A DNA stretch of 64,000 nucleotides, taken from positions 16,184,001 to 16,248,000 of the forward strand of contig CM052818.1 of assembly GCA_028534125.1 (NCBI GenBank), written 5' to 3'. The notes under the pieces are model-generated. The model was not told the DNA's origin. It ran no database searches and was given only the letters and a program-made list of their open reading frames with translations. How positions within the stretch are numbered: the first letter of the stretch is position 1; every line of letters begins with the position of its first letter. Below are positions 41,170 to 54,954 of this stretch, piece by piece. The DNA comes from Lama glama (Eukaryota). The position numbers and the translations under genes were made by a program.

Positions 41170-42430
41170 CTTGTTTGGGCATGTTATGAATTAAAATCCT
41201 ATGAGCATTCATGTATATACATTTATGTGAATATAACTTATTTCTCAGAGACAAATGTCCGTTAGTAGAATTGCTGGGTTGCATGATAGTTGCATGTTTA
41301 ATTTTAGGGAATGGAAACACTGTTTTTAGAGTGACTATCATTTTACATTCTCATTAGCAATTTAAGAGTGATCTAGTTTCTTTATATCTTTGCCAGAAAT
41401 TTGCGTTGTCACTACTGTTTTTATTTTTACCTTTCTGATGGCTGTGTAGTAATTTCCCTCATGATTTTTATTTTAAATTGTCTTAATGGCTAGCAATGTT
41501 TAATAATTTTTCATGTGTTATGTGTTCCCCTAGCTTTACCTGTATATCTACTTTGGTGAGAAGTCTATGCACATCTCTTGCTCATTTTTTTATTAAGTCG
41601 TTTGTTTTTTTGGTTTTATTTTACTATTGAATTTTTAAAGTTCTTTTATATTTTAGATACAAGTTCTTTGCTAGATATGTGGTTTGCAAGTGTATTCTCA
41701 GCCTACAGCATGTCTTTTTACCCTCTTTACAGGGTTTTTGGAGAACAAAAGTTTTAAATTTTGATAAACTCTATTTATCAACATTTCCTTTTATGGATTA
41801 TGCTTTGGCATAATGTCTAATTCTTTTCATAGTACAAATCCTAAAGATTTTCTGATATGTTTTTCCTAAATTTGTCATAGTTATTTATACATTTTATATT
41901 TAAGTTGATGATCCACTTTAAGTGGATTTGTATAATGTGTAACACTTGGTTTAAGCCTTGCTTTTTGTCTATGGATGACCAATGGCTCCAGCACCATTTG
42001 TTGAAAATGCTAACTTTTTTCCATTGAATTGCTTTGGCACATTCATTAAAAAAAACCCAAAAAACAGAAATTGATCGGGCATACTTGTACAAGTCTATTG
42101 CTGGGATCTCCATTCTATTCCACTGATCTATGTGTCTATCCCTCCATCAATAACCTAGCCTTGATTAGGAAGGTGTATAGAAAGTCTTCCAACAGATTAG
42201 ACTAACTTCTCCCACTTGATTCTTTTTCAAAATTGTTTAAGCTATTCTAGTTCTTTAACCTTTTAATGTAAATTTTAGAAGCATCTATAGCTACAAAAAA
42301 ATTCTCACTGGGAATTTGATGGGAATTATCTTAAACCTGTATACCTATTTGAGAACAACCAACATCTTCACCATGTTTTTCCAATCTATAAACACAGTAT
42401 CACTTCCTGTTTTGATTATTTTTTGTCCAC
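41170..42430 (-). mobile_element. L1 ORF2 3' fragment
   Basis: ORF 41841-42113 contains AKAIQWKKVSIFNKWCWSHW; antisense text 'ccagcaccatttgttgaaaa'. Confidence 0.92.
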
Positions 42431-42479
42431 TAGTTCACAGTATAGACCTTTAGGAAATAGTTATGCAATCCCTATTATA

Positions 42480-42680
42480 TTTCAGATATTGTGTTGGCCC
42501 TTTCTACTTGTCAACTCATGCAATCTTCAGAAAATTTTAAATTATTCATTATGTCCTCTAACATGGAAATGAGACAATTACGACCAAATGAGGTCAACTA
42601 ACTTGCTCATGGCACACAGCTGGTAAGTAGTGAGAGAAAACAGTATTTGTTTATTTCAAAGTTCATGTTTTTCTTCTATC
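42480..42680 (-). mobile_element. MIR SINE
   Basis: 'gaggtcaactaacttgctcatggcacacagctggtaagt'. Confidence 0.7.
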
Positions 42681-45194
42681 AAACCTTCCCCTGGATGAAA
42701 CTGGAACTTCCTATAAGATATCCAGGACATACCACAGTTATCCTCAGTTCTTTATTTCACTCTGTAGTCTTTTCCCCTCATATAGAATAATTCACTTCTG
42801 TACCTAGAACAAACCTAACCATATATTTCTATTGCTTAGAATGGTTCACCATTCACATTAATCTTTCCATCTACCTCATCCCAACCAACCTCTACTTTTC
42901 TGTAATCCAATTTTGTCTCTAATAAATATAACATATAACTTAGAAGTTATTGAACATCAAGTGATCTAATGTGTTTATTTTTTCCTCCAATTAGATGCTG
43001 AGAATACATTATTAATTTTCCTTTTATATCCAACCTGCTTGACCTGGCACCAGCAACTAGTGTTAAAATTATAAAGTCTCAACACCAAGAGTGACTTTAC
43101 CAGTGCCTCCCATATTATTGCTAATTTGTGTCATCAGATTTGTTTCTACCCTCTTTCAACTTCTTGTCATTTCCTCTAAAGGTGTGTTTATGAATTCATT
43201 CAATAAACACAATAAAAGACTAACCAAAATTTTTATATCTTGTAAGGTATTTTTAACCATTAAAGAATTTTAGAATAAAATTATCTGATATATAACAAAA
43301 TAACAAATTCATAGGCACTTGAGAATACATTCCTCTCCACAAATTTTGCCATCATTTTCAATAACAACAGTTGTATATGTGTATACATAGAACACTATTA
43401 GTTATTGTCTATGTGAATTATGTGTATTTTTTACACTCCTATATGTTAAATGCCTAAGAGAATTTTCCTTGATTCTCCATGAAGTATATCACCCTCTCAC
43501 CCAGTACACACATTTAAGATTAAAATCTCATTATTTACAGATTGAATAGTATGCCATACTCAATTTTGGAAACATATTATATACATGTTTTAATTTTTTT
43601 ACCATTTTTATAGGAGTATTATTTTTTCTCCAAATTAGTATTTAGTTGCAGGAAGAGTAAAAGTGTTTCTTGATATATTCCCCATAAAGTCTAAAACATG
43701 CACCTTACTATTCAACTGGCATGCTGAATATTTGATGACATACATATTTTTCTTTTTGAACAGATTAAGCAAAAGACTAATGTCCATATTGGAATAAAAT
43801 TGTCATACTAAGTTTTGCAGTGACTTAGTGCCATGGGAATATGTCTGTTAATGTGCATGACCTTGTTGTAGAAAATTGCAAAGAGAAGCAGGCTGCTAAT
43901 TAACTATTTTCAAATTGATGTATCACCTCCATGTGGCTTTCTATGAAAGCCTGCAATAAAGGTGAAAGTTAATGACAGTCTGACCAGGCAGGAATACTGG
44001 CATAGATCAAAATGCCATTTAGCATTCATAAACCACAGTAGCATCAAAGGATTCTTGAAAAACAAAGACTTTAGGTTTGGGGGCCTCAGGAAATCAATTT
44101 GACCATGTGTTTTACTGATCCCCAAGGAACAGAATCAAAAAACAGTACAGATCCAGGAAATTATCATTTACTTTATAAGTGTTACCTTGGGCTCTAGAGG
44201 GCAGAGCAAATGGCAAATGAATATCAAAAGTTTTGAATCTAGAAGTGAGAGTAAGAATAGTAATTAAGAAAGCTGAGAAAACCAGAAAAATCAAATTTAC
44301 CTTAATCCTAAATATGAATTTAGACTTCACCTTTTCAGAAGGTTATATATGAAATGAGTTCACAGACCTCTTTGAAAGGAGGAAAAGTCAAATTGAAACA
44401 TAAGAAACCATTTGTAATGGGACATATACATAATAGGATAAAAATTATCAAGTTGTGAATAAGAATCATAAGCTTATTTTAAAGTAATAATATTCACTTT
44501 TTAATTTTCAGTGTATTAATGACTAGTAGAAGAGTACGGAAGAAAAGGTGTTGATGAGATTAAAAAATCATAAAAGAATGAAATTTAAAAATGGAGAATA
44601 AAATTAAAAGAGAGGATCAAAGAAAGGAAGAGTGAGATGCCTACATATTAGGGAAAGAGAAAGAAATGAAAACGGAAAGAAAAACCACAGAAGGTAAACA
44701 AAAATTTGGTATTGTGAACCTTTAGTAATCACTTTTGTTAGTTTCCCTCTATTTCCTTGAGTTATGGGTCACCCTGTATTAACACTTCTTACCATTACTC
44801 TCCAAAAATCTAATTAACTCATCAACACACCTCTAAAACTTTTTATCTTTAAACATATTTGCAGGTCCCACGTTGAATAATAATGCTATAAAACTCATCC
44901 CATTCTTACTAGTTTTGAGTTTATTATATTTTCAAAGCTTTTACACATTTAACGTTAAATAGTGGTTATATCTCTAGAAAATACTTACTGCAAAATGTTA
45001 TAAAAAATAAAGGACTATATAATTTTAGGTACTTTTTAAGTTTTAATACATTCTGGGAATAGAAAAAACATTGATAAAAAGATATATGACAGCTAGTAAA
45101 AAGTATATGGAAATACAACATCTCAGTCTCAGTTGAATAAAATAACTATAATTAATTCCCCTGGGCTTTTCAACTAGGACCATAATAAAAGTAT

Positions 45195-45410
45195 CTAACT
45201 ATTATCATTTAGTTATGTACCAGGCATGGTTCTAAGTGCTTTACATAAATTAGCATATTTAACCCACTGCAAGTTTAGGAGGTAGGTATTACTTTTGTCT
45301 TCACTTTGTAGAGCAGGACACTAAGCTATAAGGAGGTTTAACTTAGCCAAAGATACACAGCAAATAAGCAGCCTTAGATTGAACAGTTTCCAGATTCCTT
45401 TCCCTTAATC
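45195..45410 (-). mobile_element. MIR SINE
   Basis: 'tatgtaccaggcatggttctaagtgctttacat...gaggtaggtatt...aacttagccaaagatacacagc'. Confidence 0.85.
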
Positions 45411-45789
45411 ATAGAAAATCAGTATCGTAAACTTGTCAACACAATTAAACAATAAGCATTCTATTCCTTAATCTATCTGACATAGGTATTGGTTATTCTA
45501 CTTCAAATTATTTTCTTCCACTCCATGAGTCAACTCATTTATTTGTAAAAATGCCTAAACAGTGAAAATATTCACTGAGTATACTGCCACCAAGGTAAGC
45601 ACAAAACAAATAACATACATGCATTCTGTTCTCATTATGAGAGTTCAATATTAATATTTTGCCATAAAATTCAGATAGATGGGCTATTTTCAATATGTAA
45701 AAGAAGAGCACTTATCTATCCATCTGAAACTTTTAACGCATAATTACATCTTCAGCTGTCCTACACTGATGAAGGTAACTAGAATTGTT

Positions 45790-45980
45790 TTACGTTGGAA
45801 AGGACACTGAATGTAAAGTCAGAAAGCCTGAGTTTTCTTCCCAGGTCTGCCTGCATGATGTTGGACATGCTGGGCACCTAAACCTTTGTCCCTCTTTTCG
45901 CTCATCTCTAATTTGGGGGATTGCCCAGTACAATAATATCCATCCACACTACCTCTCTGTGTTTATGTGATTATCAACAT
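45790..45980 (+). mobile_element. MIR-family SINE, degraded
   Basis: 'ggaaaggacactgaatgtaaagtcagaaagcctgagttt...ctcatctctaatttggggga'. Confidence 0.6.
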
Positions 45981-47699
45981 AAAGAGTGGTTCTTTGAAAA
46001 ACAGGGGTAGTTTCTTTAGCTAAAAATAAAATTTAAAAAAATAGTCAAACTCTGAACTAAATCTCATGATACAGATTAATAGCATTAGTTGATCTCAGAA
46101 CTAGATTAACTTGTTTTTATTTCTATCTAAATGATATAATTCCATGGTCTATTTCAGTTGGGTCTAATTCACATACATATGCTTAATAAGATGGCTCATA
46201 TTATTCAAGAAGGAGCACTTTTATGAGAATGTTATTAATCCCTTTTGGCTGCTTCTCAGAGAAGGAGAAAGATATGTGGCCACAGAGGTGGCTTGACTGA
46301 CTTTTGGAAGTAAAGGGATAAATTGACAGAAATGGTTGCCTCTGTGATAACAGATAACACCTGTCATCCGTGTATATAGTTTAGGTGGCTAACTGAATGC
46401 CTGCTCACGTTCAGCTCTCTATTCTCCATCTCAGCATCAAGCAAGAGTAGGTAGTCAACGCATATCTATTGCCATTAATGATGACTTGCTTCCATGATTC
46501 AGAACGTTTATATAATTTCACTTTCACAAATAATTTCCCTATGGTTTGATAGTATGTAAAAGTTTTGCCTCCCACTTTAGTGATTTTCAAAATAATTTTA
46601 AAGCCTACACATTTGACCAGGAGAATTTAAACTTAAGAATTTCTTCTTACAGATTTCAGTATTGGGGTTTTGTTAACAGAAGATAACAGAAGTTTTTATG
46701 CTTGGTGAACTTTATTTCAAATGTATTTAATTACAAGAAAATGACTTTTAGCTCATCCCAATGCTAAGTATCCTTTGGAAACCAGGGAAACTGATAGAGG
46801 AGGAGGACGTAGCATGCAAACTCTGTCATACAGTAGCACCTTGGGAAATCAAGGTGAGACAAAATTAGAAACTGCAGAGAGTCTGCGTGAGTACCATGGG
46901 TTTGTAACTCTTGGTTTGAGAGACTACTTCCAAAGTATGTGAAAACAGAATTTCCATAGGATTTCTAAAATCAAACAGGAAGGATAGAAATTTTAAGCAT
47001 ATTTTATCTCCCTCCTCCCTTCCTATAACAATTTAGAGAATCTCCTTCTCCTAGAAGATCTAACAGGTAGTAGTATTTTTTATGTTTGGGCAACTTGTCA
47101 GATTCTGCCGTGTTTGTTGTTTGCGATGGTGGTCTTAAAAGAGGCCAAAAGTAAGTAGAATCATGTACAAGAAGGATTGCTAAATTACAGATATAAAGGA
47201 AATAACAAGGAGACATGGAAGGCAGAGAAAAATTATTTTTTGCTAGGGATATCAGAAGAGTTTTTATGAAGTGGATATATGAGCAGAGCATAGAAGGCCT
47301 GGTGGAAATTTTTCAGGTTGAGATGGGTGTGAATCAGCTCTGCATGAGGCAAGTACAGGTCTGGTGAATAATAGCCACAAATCAAATTGAACTAATAGAC
47401 TAAAATTTTGTCTCATCCTCTTGCTACATCACCTATTTAGTTACATTTCAGCTTCTGTAATCAGGATATGGAATCTATGTTATTGCACCTTATTTTTAAT
47501 TTGACCATATGACTAACTGGCCAACTGTTAGCAGATAGCACATTAAAAGGGCTTGAGAACGTGTTTGTTTTTGGAGCAAGCAAGATAGATAGCGTTTGTC
47601 ACTGTCTGTTTTAATTAATTATATTTCAGTTATATATTTGTGCATTCTTGTGTCTAGTTGGTTTGAATCTTCAGTAAGCTTGAAGAATATTCAAAAAAT

Positions 47700-47900
47700 C
47701 AATATATTAATTAATTAATTCAAAGCTTGGAAGTACCTACTTAGGCCAAGGCACTGTTCTGGATGTTGCGGACACAGCAACGAGCAAAGCAGAGTTCCTA
47801 TCTCCATCAATTTTATAATGATGAGAAACTTGCCTCAGAGTGGTTATTATATTGTGAGGGACTGAAGAAAAAACATAACTGAAACAACCAAAGACAAATG
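47700..47900 (-). mobile_element. L2 3' end
   Basis: 'gtacctacttaggccaaggcactgttctggatgttgcggacacagcaacgagcaaagcag'. Confidence 0.75.
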
Positions 47901-47989
47901 TGAGTGTGAAGGATCCAGGGAGTCCATGTTTTCTTGCCATGTGCAGTTGTTATCTTTTCACTGATAAATGTAATTGTAAAGAGAATAGA

Positions 47990-48079
47990 GCAGCACTGCT
48001 CCAACTTTAACATGCATAAAAATCAGTAGGTCTTGGATAGGGCACCAGATTCAAAATTTTTAACAAGCTCCCAGGTGAT
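47990..48079. mobile_element. MER5-like hAT MITE, cut by the gap
   Basis: 'atcagtaggtcttggatagggcacc...ttttaacaagctcccaggtgat'. Confidence 0.8.
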
Positions 48080-48579
48080 NNNNNNNNNNNNNNNNNNNNN
48101 NNNNNNNNNNNNNNNNNNNNNNNNNNNNNNNNNNNNNNNNNNNNNNNNNNNNNNNNNNNNNNNNNNNNNNNNNNNNNNNNNNNNNNNNNNNNNNNNNNNN
48201 NNNNNNNNNNNNNNNNNNNNNNNNNNNNNNNNNNNNNNNNNNNNNNNNNNNNNNNNNNNNNNNNNNNNNNNNNNNNNNNNNNNNNNNNNNNNNNNNNNNN
48301 NNNNNNNNNNNNNNNNNNNNNNNNNNNNNNNNNNNNNNNNNNNNNNNNNNNNNNNNNNNNNNNNNNNNNNNNNNNNNNNNNNNNNNNNNNNNNNNNNNNN
48401 NNNNNNNNNNNNNNNNNNNNNNNNNNNNNNNNNNNNNNNNNNNNNNNNNNNNNNNNNNNNNNNNNNNNNNNNNNNNNNNNNNNNNNNNNNNNNNNNNNNN
48501 NNNNNNNNNNNNNNNNNNNNNNNNNNNNNNNNNNNNNNNNNNNNNNNNNNNNNNNNNNNNNNNNNNNNNNNNNNNNNNN
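48080..48579. other. Assembly gap (500 N)
   Basis: Run of exactly 500 N. Confidence 1.
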
Positions 48580-48886
48580 GTTCCATATAAATTTTATTGT
48601 GATTTATTCTAGTTCTGTGAAATTGTCCTGGGTAATTGGATAGGGATTGCATTAAATCTGTAGATTGCCTTGGGCAGTGTGACCATTTTAACAATATTGA
48701 TTCTTCCAATCCAAGAGCATGGAATATCTTTCCATTTTTTAAAGTCTTCTTTAATTTCCTTCATCAATGGTTTATAGTTTTCTGTGTATAATTCTTTCGC
48801 CTCCTTGGTTAGACTTATTCCCAGATATTTTATTACTTTGGGTGCTATTTTAAAGGGGATTGTTTCTTTACTTTCTTTTTCTGTTG
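48580..48886 (-). mobile_element. Inverted 5' segment of a young L1 (ORF2)
   Basis: Minus translation [79 protein letters not shown]. Confidence 0.96.
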
Positions 48887-50165
48887 CAAAATGGCTTAAA
48901 GATTTAAACATGAGACAAGACACTATAAACCTCCTAGAAGAAAACATAGGCAAAATATTTTCTGACATAAATCTTAGCAATGTTCTCCTAGGACAGTCTA
49001 CACAGGCAATAGAAATAAGAGCAAAAATAAACAAATGGGACCTAATTAAACTTATAAGCTTTTGCACAGCAAAGGAAACCATAAGCAAAGCAAAACAACA
49101 ACCTACAGAAAGGGAGAATATATTTGCAAATGATGAGACTGGCAAAGGCTTTGTTTCCAGAATATATAAACAACATATACAACTTAAAACAGCAACAACA
49201 AAAAAATGAACAACCCAATCCAAAAATGGGCTGAAGACCTAAATAAACATTTCTCTGATGAAGACACACAAATGGCCAACAGGCACATGAAAAAATGCTG
49301 AATACCACTAATTATCAGAAAAGTGCATATAAAAACTACATTGAGAGACCACCTTGCACTCAGTCAGAATGGCCATTCATTAAAATTTTCACAAACAATA
49401 AATGGTGGAAAGGGTGTGGAGAAAAGGGAACCCTCCTATACTATTAGTTCAGAATGTAGTTTGGTGTAGTCATTATGGAAAACAGTATGGAGAGTCCTCA
49501 AAGAACTAAAAATAGACTTACCATATGATCCAGCAATCCCACTCCTGGGTATGTATTTGGAGGGAACTTCAATTCAAAAAGATTCATGTACTCCAATGTT
49601 CATAGCAGCTCTATACACAATAGCCAAAACATGACAGCAACCTAAATGTCCATCAACAGATGACTGGATAAAGAAGTCATGTTATATTTACACAATAGAA
49701 TACTACTCAGCTGTAAAAAATAATAAAATAATGCCATTTGTAGCAACATTAATGGACCTAGACATTGTCATTCTAAGTGAAGTAAGACAGAAAGATAAAG
49801 AAAAATACCATATGATATCATATCACTCATATGTAGAATCTAAAAAAAGGCAAAAGAAGACACTAATGTACTTATCTACAAAACAGAAACAGATTCGCAG
49901 ACATAGTAAACAATTTTACGGTTACCAGGGGGACAAGGGGTGGGAAGGGATAAATTGAGAGTTCGAGAATTGCAAATATTAAGTACTATATATAAAATAA
50001 ACAAGTTTTTTCTGTATAGCACAAGGAACTATATTCAATGTCTTGCAGTAACCTATAATGAAAAAGAATATGAAAACAAATGTGTATGTATACGCATGAC
50101 AGAAATATTATGCTGTACACCAGAAACTGACACATTGTAAACTGATTATATTTCAATAAGAAATA
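48887..50165 (+). mobile_element. Non-inverted 3' segment of the same young L1; camelid-like 3' UTR
   Basis: [22 protein letters not shown]...[20 protein letters not shown]; 3' UTR 'gggataaattgagagttcgag...gctgtacaccagaaactgacacattgtaaactgattatatttcaata' and an A-rich tail. Confidence 0.96.
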
Positions 50166-50409
50166 ATTGAGAAAGTTGGAGGCAGAAGAAAATAAACAGG
50201 AGCACCATTTTAAGTCTTTTTTATCTCACATGAGAGAAATTTAATATACACAAATCCTTGAAAGTTATAGCTATAACACAGAAATCTCATGTTTTAAGTG
50301 TTGTATACTTTTCTATTTTTTGAAATTTTATAAAAAATAGTTCAAAGCATAATTCATTTATAAAAATTATTAAAATTTATAGAAAAGAAAAATGTGATTT
50401 TGTCTGTAA

Positions 50410-50990
50410 GGTGAACTAACACACTTGAAAATTTTCTCTATGCAAATACATAACTATTTTGCATAAAGTATAACATAAAAGACTTGAACTAATTAGCTTA
50501 CAAAAATTAATAAATGAAATTTTACAAGTGATATACAAAGACTTGTGCATACATACAGCAGCTTTATTCATAATAACCTACACTGGAAATAATCCATATG
50601 TCTATGAACAGGTGAAAAGATGACTGAACTGTGGTATATTCACATGACTATTACTCAACAGTTAAAGGGAATGAACTGCTGACACAGCCACCAACATGAA
50701 CAAATTTCCAAAATATTTTATTGCATGAAAGAAAGCAGTCTTAAAATAATACATACGTGATATCACTTACATGAAAGATACAAAACAGGCAAAACTAAGC
50801 TATGGTGATAACCATTAGAACACTGGTTCCCTGGTGACAAGGAGTCTTATTAGAAAGGGGCTTAGAAAATGTATCAGGGTAATAAAAATTGTCCTGTATC
50901 TTAACTGAGGTGTTGGTTATTCCTCTTTGGACTAAATACTTAAGATTTGCATATCTGGTGGTGTATAAGTACTAACTAAATAAGGAATAA
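50410..50990 (+). mobile_element. Old L1M(C/E) 3' end
   Basis: 'gcagctttattcataataacc...aactgtggtatattcaca...aaaacaggcaaaactaagctatggtgata'. Confidence 0.8.
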
Positions 50991-51089
50991 GTTCTTGGGT
51001 GTAGCAGAGTGAAATAAAATCATAATAATGTCACACTTTCCATAATAGCAATTTTAAAACTTCTGTGCAGAAATTTGTTTCTGTTCTTG

Positions 51090-51850
51090 CCACACCTTCT
51101 CTCATTTGATGACCTTAACTCCTATTTTCCGCTAGAGAAAAAGGAGAAATCATCAGACAGGATTCTAACAACTGCACCATAACCAATTATGTAACTTCAT
51201 ATATCTGAATCCTCACTATCTTCTCCCTGTCCCTTCTCCTCTTTAAAATGACATTGATTTCTTTCTTTCTACAGTAAACATATCAGCGATTATACCTTTT
51301 CTTTCTTCCATATTTAACCTCATCCTTTTCATGTTTTGCCTTTTTAAATTTACAAAACCCAACTCTTTCTAAAAATAACATAAGCTAAACATTATTTTAG
51401 ACTTGTCATTCAGCTCCCATTAGAGTCCTAATTAACTCTGTCCCTTTGTTTAACTTATGTCTCTTCAACTACGTCTGTTTCCGTTTCTTCATATTTTATC
51501 AATTTTAATGCCAAATCATTCTATAAAACTAATTATCACTAAGGTCTCCTTTTGAACTTCATGCTGTTATGTACACTAATAATATTCAGATCTTATCTTG
51601 AAATTTATATTACAGAATATAAAGTTTGATACTGTTAACTATTGTTTCACTGTAAAACCCTTACTTCCCTTGATTTTTAGGACATATAGCTTAAGTGTTC
51701 ATCCTTCTTTCTTTGTCTGTCTCTTCTTTCAGGCTCAGTCATCACCGTCAGCCACATAAATGCTAAAATTCTTAAAGGCGTATTCTGTATCTTTTCTTCT
51801 ATTTATTTTCTACTTTCCCGTTAACTAATTTCATCTATGCCATGGCTAAA
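51090..51850 (+). mobile_element. L2 internal fragment
   Basis: Pyrimidine-rich L2 text 'tcactaaggtctcc', 'ttacttcccttgatttttaggaca', 'catctatgccatggct'. Confidence 0.6.
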
Positions 51851-54800
51851 TACTGAGGTAGGAAGTATATTACTAAAACTCTAAAATATAAGTCTGGAGT
51901 CAGGATGCTATAAAATCATTGAGACAAAACAATTAAAAACAGGGACACTAATAAGTAGGATTCTGAGACTGGGCAACAATGAGTTGGAGAACAAGGGAAG
52001 GCAAAGAAAACTGGCAGTCACTTGTGTGATGTCTAGCCAGTGTTATGCCTGTGGTGGTAGTGAATTTCAACTTGTCTTAAAGGGATAAGCTAACCACTTG
52101 ATAGTTAACACCACTGAACTGAGGTGAGTTTTTGTTTGATAGTGCAATTAAAATATAAACTACTTCCACCATTTAATAAAGCTATACTTAGTCACTTGTT
52201 ACAGCTGAAATAACTGTGGCTATATAGTACAGCAAATGTGTATCTCAGATAGAAAGGCTCCTCTGTCTGGGGATAAGGGTTGTTCATGAATTAAATACCT
52301 TCTTTGTATTCTCTGTTATGATTTGTCTATATGCATGTCTTCCTTTGAGTCTCCAAGGTAATGACTATTCAGACTTCCATCACCTAATACTAATTTTGCC
52401 TTATTTGAGGGTAAACCCCCTAGGGTATGAACCCGCTTTGCATCCTCCGAGCTGAGCTTAGTGCCTAGTATACATTAAATATATAGTGAGTGATTAAATA
52501 AGTGAAAAATAAATGAATGGTTGAGTAAATAAAGGAAATTTATTCCTGATCATCTCACTGGCTCACATAAATTTATACAGCAAAGAAACGTTAAACAGAA
52601 AAGTCACTCTCACTAATTCATTCTGTTTTATTAGTATTTTGTTAAATTCACTTATTTACCATGTCTACTAATGAAGCATAATTCATAAATCACTGCCACT
52701 TTTAATATTCCTAAATAAATATCTGTGATTCTGGAGGAGAAAAGCAGATAACCCTGACAAGCCTGTGTCCACAAGCGGGCTTCTTGCTGCTGCTTTTAAC
52801 ACAGAATGGAAGTGGAAACTATATTGTTCGTGTAGAGTTTTTAAATATAGTAAATAATATGTGTACCAGTTTTAAGTGCTAGTTTTAATGTTTTCTTTGA
52901 ATGAAAATAACAATGAATTTGGGAGGGAAAATCTTTACCCCTTTCAAATGGGACGTATCTTTCGATTAAAGGCAGTATAATTAAGTTTTTTCAATATATG
53001 GTATTATATAAGGAAATAGTTAAGTTTATATGTAACCAAGGCATAGCATGGCTCACACATACATACATAAACAATAATAAAAAGAACAATTGTATTAATA
53101 AAAAGGTGAATAATATTCATTTATAATTTGTTCTTAAATATCACTTTTTAATCTATTCTAAGTCTACTTTATTGTACTTGATGTTATATATTGGATATTA
53201 CATGTTTCTAAAAATCAATTTTTGTTGATTTTTACCCAATACAACTTGGTATATGATAGTTTAGTTATATATTTAATTCAATAAATAATTGTCAAGAGAG
53301 AAAGCTACTAGGTGTGCAAAGATTAAATGGTAGATATAGTCTTTCCTCATGCAATTTACAAACTAGTAATGACTGACAATGGAAAAAAAAGAGTTTATAT
53401 GGTTTTTTTCCTTTAGCTTAGTTTTCATAACTTAGATTTGTTACTGTACATTTCATTTAAATAAGTAAATAAGGCATTGCACTTGGGACTAAATGAGGAA
53501 ATTAGCTTAAAATTTTACTGGCCTTTGATTTCTCAAATTCTTAAAATTTTGTTTCCGAAAAACAGTAATTTCAGTAAGGCTTATATACTATAATAAAGGA
53601 ACACTTCATATAGTATTTCAAAGCCTCTTTTTCAACATGTTTATGTCACTATTTGGCTATCTGAGATCCATAAAACATATACTATACCAACCAGAGGAAA
53701 ACACTGTGCCTTGAGAAAGCCAGAGAAAGGAGTTCAGTGCCACTGACTTCAGATCTACAATCTTCTACAGCTAAAATTCCTTAGAATTTCAGAACTAATC
53801 AGGGACATTTTTAAAGCATTTAATTGTTGTTTTAATCTGTAATTCAAAGAAGATCACAGATAATATTTTGGCCAACTGCATCATTCTTGTAAGTCAGCCT
53901 CCTCATTAAAAGTTTTAGACTCAAAGGCCTCATGCTAACTTTGCTAATTTAATATTGGTTACAAAACATTATTTCCTCTTTTGCTAAATAATAAGAGAAA
54001 TTGATAATTTTGTTAGAGATAGCTCATCTGCATTGTTTTGAAAGCATCTAAGATAGCTTTTTTAGAGCTTGAAAGTCAAAGAAACATAGACTAAAACACA
54101 AACACACAATGAAGATATGAACAACCTAAAGTGTTGGAATAAGAAGTTCAACATGCTTAAAATGTTTCTTTAGAGTATTATCAATATAAAATAGAAATCT
54201 AGCACTATATAAATACACTGCTTTTTAAGAATTATTTACATCAAATTTAATATTTTATATATATATACCCACTTATATATATATACACACAAACTTATAT
54301 AGTGTATATAGATCTGAGTTGAGTTTATTGTATTTATTATTGCATGTTATTAATGGTTTCAAATCTACACTGGCTTGCTTTTCATAGTAAATCCAAAAAT
54401 TATGAGATACACCTATATCAGATGCACAGTTTGTAAAAAGAATCTGCATTGTCCTATGGTCTTTTATTAAATATTTTAAAATTCATACTTCCTTAGTCTC
54501 ATTCCTCTAAGTGAAACAAAGATCTTAAAAATCTTACCAGGCAGTATCAACTTAATAATCAGATCCTCCATGAAACCTCCCATTATTATTCCCAGCAGAA
54601 ATGGACATTCCCTAATAAGACCTCCCATGCACTCAATTCTTATTATGTTGACAAATTAATTTTTTCAATCAGTTTATCTTAAAGCATGAATTTAGTTAGT
54701 GTATTAGTCATCTTACTCAAAAAAATTTATAGAAACACTTATACTAAAGGTTAGGGCTACTAAAATGAATAAAACACAAACTCTACTCCCTCAAAGAAGT

Positions 54801-54954
54801 TTTAAGAAGGAGACAGACATACAAACAAATATATTCAATGTATGACATGTTCCCTGATGTTGGGATTTGAGAGAAGGCTTTAGTGAAGGAAATAACTTTT
54901 GGACTGAGTTATGAAGACATATAAGCACTGCTGAGCATGAATCAGGTAGAAACA

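Noticed and set aside
46277..46293. CTCF-like motif (another at about 32372-32389)
   Set aside because: Core spacing deviates from the consensus; not supportable by eye.
48023..48709. Long ORFs of 228 and 185 aa
   Set aside because: They are open only because they read through the N gap.
48609..49223. 204-aa minus ORF and overlapping 141-aa plus ORF
   Set aside because: Both are chimeras of sense and antisense L1 ORF2 across the inversion junction, not host genes.
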